From positions 1-64,000 of IMG/VR virus record IMGVR_UViG_3300022562_001969: DNA of 64,000 nucleotides, one strand, 5' to 3'. The notes below the pieces were generated by a model. It was not told the DNA's origin. It saw nothing but the letters and a program-made list of their open reading frames with translations, and ran no database searches. This document shows, piece by piece, positions 57,286 through 64,000 of this stretch. Position numbers and translations under genes: made by a program. The stretch is from a virus. How positions within the stretch are numbered: the stretch's first letter is position 1; each line of letters begins with the position of its first letter.

Positions 57286-58671
57286 TCAGCTCACCTCCAG
57301 ATCATCAAAATAGGTGGCGTAGCTACCGGAGGTGGCTGTATTGTTGCTGACCAGTTCCACAATGAAATAGTCAGGCGTGGCCGCCGGCGTAAACGTATCG
57401 CTCAATTGGTTCCAGGCGCCACTTGACCCGACATCGGTCGTCGTCCGATCCGCTTGCCCCGGCTGCTTGATAATCATCTGGGGATTTGTGCCGGCGTAAT
57501 TGGCCTCGCGTCGCACGTAGACGCTAACCGTGGTGCTGATCGCCGCGCCGGCTGGCACAATGAATTGGCGACGGTCGGCGTCAGGCATTTGGGCGGCCGC
57601 CGTGCCACTGCGCACCGTAGTGGTCTCCCGTTGGAAATCATTAAATTGGGTCGTCCCCCACGATTTCTTGGCCGAGGTGGTAGGCCGCGCTATGCCGAAA
57701 ATATCGTCTGTCGCTTCACCTGTCCCCGCAATAGCGGCGATGGGTGACCATTCAGAAAGGGCGCTAAAAAACCAGGGGACCAATCTGAATTCAGCCAACA
57801 AAATGGGCAACGCGAAAAGCGGCGGGTAGGTCTGGCTATTCGAGCCGGTGGCTGTGTTGGCGCGGTCGGTGCTGTTGTTGAAAAAGGTATTGTAATCTTC
57901 AACGATATCGCCGGTGACTGTCCCCACGAGCGCCGTGTTATCGGTATTGGTGAAAATCGAATTATTGACGCTGGTGAATTGGCCGGCCCCGGTGCCGGCG
58001 GTGACGGTCACATCTATCCCATTACTCCCGGAAGCGAAAAAGAGACAATTCTTAAAAAGGGTATCGCCGATTCGGTCAATCCTGGCTATAGCGGCGGCAG
58101 AGGAGATGAAAAGGCAGTTTTCAATCAAATGGTTGGTCCCGGTCACCACCGAGGTGTGAGTTAGCCGGATATGATTGCCTGAACAACCAATGAAAACACA
58201 TCGCCGGCAGGTGAAGTCACTTTGGCTCGCGCCGTCAACCCGGATGCTGGTGGCGGTGGCGCTGAAGGCGCAATCTTCTACGATCCAGTTGGTGCCATTG
58301 GTATTGTTAATGGCCGAGACCGAGGGCAGATCAAAATGAAACCCCCGGAAAGTGCGGTAGTCGAACGAGGTGCCGCTGATACAATTAGAGCGGGTGGTGG
58401 TTTGATCATCGTCTGATCCGGTTATCCTGACCACGCCCCCCACGCCATCGGTGTTAACCCCGCTGACATCGGCGATGTAAGTGATCGGGGAACCCGAAGA
58501 GCCGGAAACGTCAACCGTCAACGTTTCCCGGTAGACGCCCGGCCCCACATATACCGTGTCGCCGGCGGTGACCGCAATATCTTCTACGCCGTTGAGTGTT
58601 AACTTTCTATTAGCCCAGCTAGTCCCCGAATTGCCGTTATTGCCTCCGGGTCCCACGAAGTAATCGGTCAC
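57286..58671 (-). CDS. right-handed beta-helix (pectin-lyase-like) protein
   Basis: GNNGNSGTSW, AGDTVYVGPGVYRE, repeated IENCLF. Confidence 0.75.
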   Translation of the reverse strand: MTDYFVGPGGNNGNSGTSWANRKLTLNGVEDIAVTAGDTVYVGPGVYRETLTVDVSGSSGSPITYIADVSGVNTDGVGGVVRITGSDDDQTTTRSNCISGTSFDYRTFRGFHFDLPSVSAINNTNGTNWIVEDCAFSATATSIRVDGASQSDFTCRRCVFIGCSGNHIRLTHTSVVTGTNHLIENCLFISSAAAIARIDRIGDTLFKNCLFFASGSNGIDVTVTAGTGAGQFTSVNNSIFTNTDNTALVGTVTGDIVEDYNTFFNNSTDRANTATGSNSQTYPPLFALPILLAEFRLVPWFFSALSEWSPIAAIAGTGEATDDIFGIARPTTSAKKSWGTTQFNDFQRETTTVRSGTAAAQMPDADRRQFIVPAGAAISTTVSVYVRREANYAGTNPQMIIKQPGQADRTTTDVGSSGAWNQLSDTFTPAATPDYFIVELVSNNTATSGSYATYFDDLEVS

Positions 58672-58919
58672 GGACTATCCACTCCTGCGATTTCACGTAA
58701 AGCGGCCAACATCAGCTCGGTCAGATGTTGTTTAAGCCATTGGTTACTGATGGCCGGGTTGCCCAAAATGTTGGGGAACAAAATTGTCTGGCTGACGCTG
58801 CCGGGGGTACCATCATTTTTAATCCACTCGATGAATAGATCGACTGAGTATTGATCAACCAGTACCTGGGCGCCGGTGGCCTGATAATTTTCTATGGTTA
58901 CGTTGACATTGCGGGCCAT
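58668..58919 (-). CDS. hypothetical protein
   Basis: Coupled ORF. Confidence 0.55.
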   Translation of the reverse strand: MARNVNVTIENYQATGAQVLVDQYSVDLFIEWIKNDGTPGSVSQTILFPNILGNPAISNQWLKQHLTELMLAALREIAGVDSP

Positions 58920-59209
58920 TATTTCTCCATCCCATAATCAATTAAGCGTCGCGCCCCTTCGGCCACGGCCAACCATTCTCGCAGCCGGGGCGGGGCAATG
59001 ATAAAAACCAGCGCCAGCCAAAATGAAATGCAGTAAGGGCAGCTAAACCCCCGATAAATCCAGTGATCGGGGGGGTAATGGTCATAGATATAATTTCTAA
59101 GGCGGCCAAAAATATCGGCCGGTCCATCCTCGGTCAAAATCATCCAGGTTAGCCGGTAAGCCGCCAGGACCGCCAAACAGAGGTCAAGCCCGCGTTGCAT
59201 TACGTACAT
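58919..59209 (-). CDS. DUF1360-like membrane protein
   Basis: YRLTWMILTEDGP..IF..LR, CPYCISFW. Confidence 0.7.
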   Translation of the reverse strand: MYVMQRGLDLCLAVLAAYRLTWMILTEDGPADIFGRLRNYIYDHYPPDHWIYRGFSCPYCISFWLALVFIIAPPRLREWLAVAEGARRLIDYGMEK

Positions 59210-62138
59210 CTCGCACCGTAATCAACCCATCTTTCCCGGTGCCGGTGATGGTGTGCAGATCAATCCCCGCTTCCGTCGCCCGTTCAATGGCGGTCGGGGT
59301 GGCGTTAATCGTCCCATTGGTTTGGCCAATCTCTTCCGGCGGACTGGTGGCCACCGCCTCTTGACTGATAGCCTGATAATTGATGGCCACCGGCGGCGGT
59401 AAATTTGAGCTATTCGTCGCCGTTTGGGGCGTCTCCTCTACCCTCCACTCCCCGGTCGATTTTAACCGCTCAACGTCCGCCGGATCGGCGTCGATGTAGC
59501 GACCCACGGCGTTATTGCCGCCGCGATAGGTTCGAGTTAATTTCACGCCGCCCACCCGGACATAATCTTTCGAGCCGGGGCGGCTGCCAACAAACTTCAT
59601 TCTGGTCATGCTGTTCGTCTCCTGATTAGTTTCTTCTTCCAGCGCAGCCGCAGCCATCTGTCCCCAGATAGTCGCTTTTTTCGCCTTCAGCAATACATTC
59701 GCGCCATTACCACGGCATCCACAACTCATGATCTCATTCGCTCCTGTGTAATAGGCTTGATAGCGTTTTTTTAGGATTGGTAAAAGCTCTTTCATCTGCG
59801 AGGCGGCCCGGTCGCGCCGTTGACCGCTATAGTTGCGATAGACAAACGTTTCTACCGGCAACAAAACGCCACACACGCCATTAATGGCGCATTTAAGGGC
59901 AAAGTCCCAATCTTCCCAGCCGGGCAACGCCTCATCAAAGCCCCCCACCCCGATGGCGTCCTGCCGCCACATCAGCACATTCATGGCGTGCTGTCCGTGC
60001 CAATCGGTCTGGACGTATGGCTTCAGGCGCTCGTGTTTCATCTTCCCCTGCGGGCTGACAGAGATGTAGTTGCTATAGATGTAGCGGCTCGCGCCGTGTT
60101 TGATGAACGCCTGCAAACTGTCGTGTAGAGCGTTTGAGAGTAGCCAGTCATCGCCATCCAAAAAATAAACCAACTCCCCCTTGGCGGCTTGCAGCCCCAG
60201 GTTACGGGCGTGACCCGCCCCACGCGGGGCATTCTCTGTTTCCAGGATGGTGGCCCACTGGTGACCCGGCAGAGGTAACGGTCGCCCGGTGTCGTTAATA
60301 ACGATGGCTTCCCAGTTGGTGACTGCTTGAGCGTGCAGGCTGTCCAGGGCGTCAAGGACATATTCACTATGCCCCGGGCCGACCGGGATGATAACGCTAA
60401 TTAACGGGTCTTGTTGGTGGTCAATATTCCAACTTTTTATATCGGAGGGCGGCTTGGCCTGCGCTCCAAAGGGTACTAAGAGGGGCGGCGGCGTGAGCCG
60501 TTTGGCCATCGCTCGCGTGCCCTCATGATAATTCGAGGCCAGCCGCCAGCCATACCAGGCGCACCAGTCGCCATCACCATCCGCATATTTTTGGCGCTCT
60601 GTACTCCCTTTTGAATCCGGGCGCAAGCGGTAAAAGATAGTGGGTTGATCAGTGACCTTTTTAGCCCGGAAGCCGAATGAGGTCAGCCGGCACCAGAGCG
60701 AGGCGTCTTCTGCTCGCCAATCACGCCGGCGATAGCCGCCTGAATTTTCAAGCGCTTCCCGGCGCATCAGAGCGCAATAAAAGGGCTGGTTGATGTGGGC
60801 CATTTGCGCCAGCCAGTTGAATTCATTGGCCTGGCTGATCTCGCTATGGAATGATTGGCCATCCTCACTCATCATCAGTAGATTGCCATAGGCGATGTGA
60901 ATTGAGGGGTCTTTATCCAGGGCCTCCATTAAGGGCAATAATCCGGCCGGCGTCAGCATATCATCCGCGTCCAGCGGGAAAACATACTCGCCGCTGCTAA
61001 ACGAAAAGCCGAAATTTCTGGCCCCGGAGAGACCCAGGTTATGCTCCGGCTCCCGGTAAATAAACCGCTCGTCCCTGGCGCAAAAGAGTCTGGCCACGCT
61101 GCGGGTGTCATCGCTTGATTTGTCATCAACGATAACACATTCCCAATTATCAAATGGCAGCCCCAGCACGCTGCTGAGACAGGCTTCCAGATAACGGCCC
61201 AGGTTGTAGCAGGTAACAATGATGGACACCTTGGGGCGGGGGGTGTTCGCGCGCGAACATTGTTCATGGAAAATATTCGCGTACTGTTCGATTTTATTGA
61301 GCCAGCCCCAGCGTTCGCGGACATCGGCCAGACAGTTGGCGCTCAGGCGATCCCTTTCAACCCAGGCGGTGTTGACCGCCTCGATCAGGGCGTCATAATC
61401 TTCAAACGGGACCAGGTAGCCGGTCTGGCCGGGGATGATAATCTCGGAGTTGCCCCCAAAATCCCAGCCGACCACGGGCACGCCACAGGCCATCGCCTCC
61501 AAGGTGCCAATGCCAAACGTCTCCCGGGCGGTTGATAGATATAGCCCGGCTTCCTGGATGTAGGGTTTCATCTGCTGGTAAGGCTGCGGGCCGATCACCT
61601 TGATATTGCCGGCTGTGCGCGGGCCAATCGTGGAGACAAAGGTTTGTTTGGGGAGTCGTTGGGCCAGATTGATCATCTGATTGACATTAGAAACGACATC
61701 CGAGCGGGCTTTATTCCACAGGATATAGCCGCCATTATTACCGGGCGCCCATTCGTCCGGATCGACGCCATGATGGATGGGCCTGACCGGCCGGTAAATG
61801 CCCCGCCGCAACGCCCTCGCGACCCAATGAGAAGGGGCGGTCACTATTTTCGCCCGAACCATATTTTCGATGACCATCTGATTGGCCAGATAACAATCAG
61901 GCGGCCAATCGTAATTGGACCAATAGAGGCCGTGACAGGAAGCGACCAGGGGCTTATGGGGCGGGTAATCAACCAGGTCGCCGGCGTGGCAATTGATAAC
62001 ATCGGCCTCGTCTGGCTTATCAACCACTTCTACCTCGAAAATAGGCAGGTATTTGCGCTGGGCTTCAATTACCCGGCGGATGCCGCCATCAGCCCGATCC
62101 GGGTTTTTTAATTGGGGAGAGATGTATACTTTGGTCAT
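59184..62138 (-). CDS. multidomain glycosyltransferase (GT4 + GT2 + GT2) with C-terminal E3-binding/PSBD-like domain
   Basis: ETFGIGTLEAMACG; VSIIVTCYN..LDADD; ISVIIP..LDGDD; ATPTA...GIDL..ITGTGKDGLITVRDV. Confidence 0.9.
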   Translation of the reverse strand: MTKVYISPQLKNPDRADGGIRRVIEAQRKYLPIFEVEVVDKPDEADVINCHAGDLVDYPPHKPLVASCHGLYWSNYDWPPDCYLANQMVIENMVRAKIVTAPSHWVARALRRGIYRPVRPIHHGVDPDEWAPGNNGGYILWNKARSDVVSNVNQMINLAQRLPKQTFVSTIGPRTAGNIKVIGPQPYQQMKPYIQEAGLYLSTARETFGIGTLEAMACGVPVVGWDFGGNSEIIIPGQTGYLVPFEDYDALIEAVNTAWVERDRLSANCLADVRERWGWLNKIEQYANIFHEQCSRANTPRPKVSIIVTCYNLGRYLEACLSSVLGLPFDNWECVIVDDKSSDDTRSVARLFCARDERFIYREPEHNLGLSGARNFGFSFSSGEYVFPLDADDMLTPAGLLPLMEALDKDPSIHIAYGNLLMMSEDGQSFHSEISQANEFNWLAQMAHINQPFYCALMRREALENSGGYRRRDWRAEDASLWCRLTSFGFRAKKVTDQPTIFYRLRPDSKGSTERQKYADGDGDWCAWYGWRLASNYHEGTRAMAKRLTPPPLLVPFGAQAKPPSDIKSWNIDHQQDPLISVIIPVGPGHSEYVLDALDSLHAQAVTNWEAIVINDTGRPLPLPGHQWATILETENAPRGAGHARNLGLQAAKGELVYFLDGDDWLLSNALHDSLQAFIKHGASRYIYSNYISVSPQGKMKHERLKPYVQTDWHGQHAMNVLMWRQDAIGVGGFDEALPGWEDWDFALKCAINGVCGVLLPVETFVYRNYSGQRRDRAASQMKELLPILKKRYQAYYTGANEIMSCGCRGNGANVLLKAKKATIWGQMAAAALEEETNQETNSMTRMKFVGSRPGSKDYVRVGGVKLTRTYRGGNNAVGRYIDADPADVERLKSTGEWRVEETPQTATNSSNLPPPVAINYQAISQEAVATSPPEEIGQTNGTINATPTAIERATEAGIDLHTITGTGKDGLITVRDVRNATRA
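61244..61259. promoter_or_regulatory. parS-like palindrome, copy 6
   Basis: TGTTCGCGCGCGAACA. Confidence 0.55.
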
Positions 62139-62139
62139 T

Positions 62140-63378
62140 TTACACCGCCACCAGGTTGTAGTCCCAGGAAGCCGTTATATTCGTGTCTGTATCTGACACG
62201 CTAATCACCGCCAGCCTGATATTAGTTAAGGCGTCAAACACAAGCCCACTTTCCGGCTTGTTTAGGGGGCTGCTGGTAGTAATCTCGAAATTTCGCTTGG
62301 TTATCCAGGAGCCGCCACTGATTCGCGACTGTAATTCAATGTTGGCGCTTCCAGGCAGGCCATTGGCCCGGGCGCAGTAGACGAAAAGTTGTTTGATCTG
62401 GTATTTCATCCCGGCAGGAACGGTATCTGTCGCTTGCTGCGTTTGCCCTTTGCCGGGGGGAATGTAGGCCAGAACGGTAGATAAGTCATTGGGGACGCCA
62501 CCGGTGTGGGCGTTTTGGGTATTGAGATAGACGTGCCCCACATTTATATTTTCATTGCTAACGACCAACCGGTTGCTATCCAGTCCTGTTACCCCCAGGC
62601 TGACCGCCGTCTGACCATTAAGGTTGACTGTTATTGTCTGCCGGTTCCCGTCGCTATCCAGATAATACACATCCACATCCACATCGGTGTCGCTGCCGCT
62701 ACTGGAGGATAGATAAAGCGATTGGGCGCTGGTCGGAAAGGTTTTTCTGTCAACCCGATTAGCCAGGTTATCATCGGCCAATCGCCATGCGTCCACGGTA
62801 TTGTCCGCCGCGTCCAGAAATTTCACTCCACCGAATTTCTCATCTTCCAAGATACCACCAATGCGTCCCAGCGCCAGGTCTACTGACGTAGGCACCGAGC
62901 GCACAATGATAGCGTCCGCGTCTGCGGCAATGCTCAGATTCAGGGGGGCGTTCCCTTGCCGAAACATTCCCCAAAATGTACTCAGGGAGAAACTTCCCTG
63001 AGCTACGGAACCATTGAGAAATCGCACCCGGGTGGGGCGTGGCAGTTTAACCGCCGTGTGGAATTCCGGTGTGTTCGCCGCCACCGAAAAACCATTTGTC
63101 GGGAAGGCTCGCCAGGAGCCTCCCTCATCTTGAAACTCAAAAAACAGCGTGCCATCCTGGTCGGCCACGCAAAAAACGCCAATATCAGGATAGCCATTCT
63201 CTTCACCCTCGCCGGTAAATTCACCATCAGATCCCAAAATAGTCGTACTGCTATTAGCCGTAGATTTGATACCGGTTTGGCCAATCTGGGACAAGTCCAG
63301 CGAAACGGGCACTGATATATCGGCGGCGGCTGAGGCGATATGAATAGGCGTGGCGGCAGCCCCTATTAGTTTTGCCAT
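62140..63378 (-). CDS. virion structural protein
   Basis: Beta-rich, Ser/Thr/Gly-rich; late operon. Confidence 0.55.
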   Translation of the reverse strand: MAKLIGAAATPIHIASAAADISVPVSLDLSQIGQTGIKSTANSSTTILGSDGEFTGEGEENGYPDIGVFCVADQDGTLFFEFQDEGGSWRAFPTNGFSVAANTPEFHTAVKLPRPTRVRFLNGSVAQGSFSLSTFWGMFRQGNAPLNLSIAADADAIIVRSVPTSVDLALGRIGGILEDEKFGGVKFLDAADNTVDAWRLADDNLANRVDRKTFPTSAQSLYLSSSSGSDTDVDVDVYYLDSDGNRQTITVNLNGQTAVSLGVTGLDSNRLVVSNENINVGHVYLNTQNAHTGGVPNDLSTVLAYIPPGKGQTQQATDTVPAGMKYQIKQLFVYCARANGLPGSANIELQSRISGGSWITKRNFEITTSSPLNKPESGLVFDALTNIRLAVISVSDTDTNITASWDYNLVAV

Positions 63379-64000
63379 CAGTAGCTCCTCTCCGCGCCAA
63401 TATGGCCGAATAGGCCCCAGGTGCCTATATCAATCGGAATCAGGATGTCAGGACCTTTTCTTTGCTGCACCCGGGTGTCATAAGCCACCTCGGTGTCGCC
63501 CGGTTTTAGGCCGGTCGGGTAATCGCCATAGGCCTGGTGAAAGCGGTTGTGACGCAGGGAGGGGTTACCGGAGAAATAATAAGCCGGCCCTTTTTGTAGT
63601 TTGAGATAGACCTGCGCGCCGTCGCCAACGATTTGGCCCTGCAACCCGACCGGGATGCGACCCAGCCGGATCATACCCACGTCAGACTGGTTAATGAGCG
63701 CCTGCTCATAATGGCTGGGATTAAAGGGGCGATCTAATACCCAATCATCCTCCAGCCACATGGTCACCGGGTCGTGTTTGGCTGATTCCCGCCAGGCGAT
63801 ATTGGCCAGCGCCCCGTACCCGATGCGAGACGAATAAAGGCTGATCATATCAAAACCGATTTCTGTTTCCAGCGCCTTGAGGTGATCAATCGGGCTACCA
63901 TCGTCAACCACCAGCCAACGGGCCGGATAATCCAGCCGCTCCTTAATGGCCCGGATGGTGGCCAGAGCGTAAGCGGTGCGAGCGTAGGTTTGCAGGATGA
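63378..64000 (-). CDS. GT2 family glycosyltransferase (5' end outside the window)
   Basis: ILQTYAR, LVVDDGS, WLEDDW, FGHIG. Confidence 0.8.
   Translation of the reverse strand, partial: ILQTYARTAYALATIRAIKERLDYPARWLVVDDGSPIDHLKALETEIGFDMISLYSSRIGYGALANIAWRESAKHDPVTMWLEDDWVLDRPFNPSHYEQALINQSDVGMIRLGRIPVGLQGQIVGDGAQVYLKLQKGPAYYFSGNPSLRHNRFHQAYGDYPTGLKPGDTEVAYDTRVQQRKGPDILIPIDIGTWGLFGHIGAERSY

Noticed and set aside
1-64000. cas genes, terminase, portal, major capsid, att sites
   Set aside because: No recognisable motifs seen; probably outside the window, or host-encoded in the case of cas

Overview
About 64 kb of a temperate siphovirus-like element (prophage or phage-plasmid). Protein style and heptamer REP tracts suggest a Chloroflexi-like host, which is inference only. 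Layout: (1) 1-9.1 kb, minus strand, a PRTRC ubiquitin-like operon (E1/ThiF, JAB, E2, Ubl, ParB) and small early genes. (2) 9.2-11.5 kb, XRE repressor, a T-armless tRNA-Arg-like RNA and tyrosine recombinase 1. (3) 11.5-23.8 kb, plus strand, replication and nucleotide metabolism (initiator with iterons, DnaC-like loader, exonuclease, dcd, nrdJ, ASCH, sigma70). (4) 23.8-39.2 kb, an accessory island with two RelE-type TA modules, a HEPN protein, MTase-Mrr, an NB-ARC/TPR protein, recombinase 2, and CRISPR repeats of three different families with no cas gene in the window. (5) 39.3-64 kb, minus strand, tail genes interleaved with glycosyltransferases. The main candidate novel system is three shortened (25-27 nt) guides from I-E-type and I-C-type repeats. 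They match PAM-flanked sites in the element's own non-coding DNA upstream of one gene cluster ending in recombinase 2, which suggests the element uses host Cascade complexes as transcription regulators or sensors. Also notable: a TA operon lying between identical CRISPR repeats, six copies of a parS-like palindrome, and a +1 TTT-CGA tail-chaperone frameshift.
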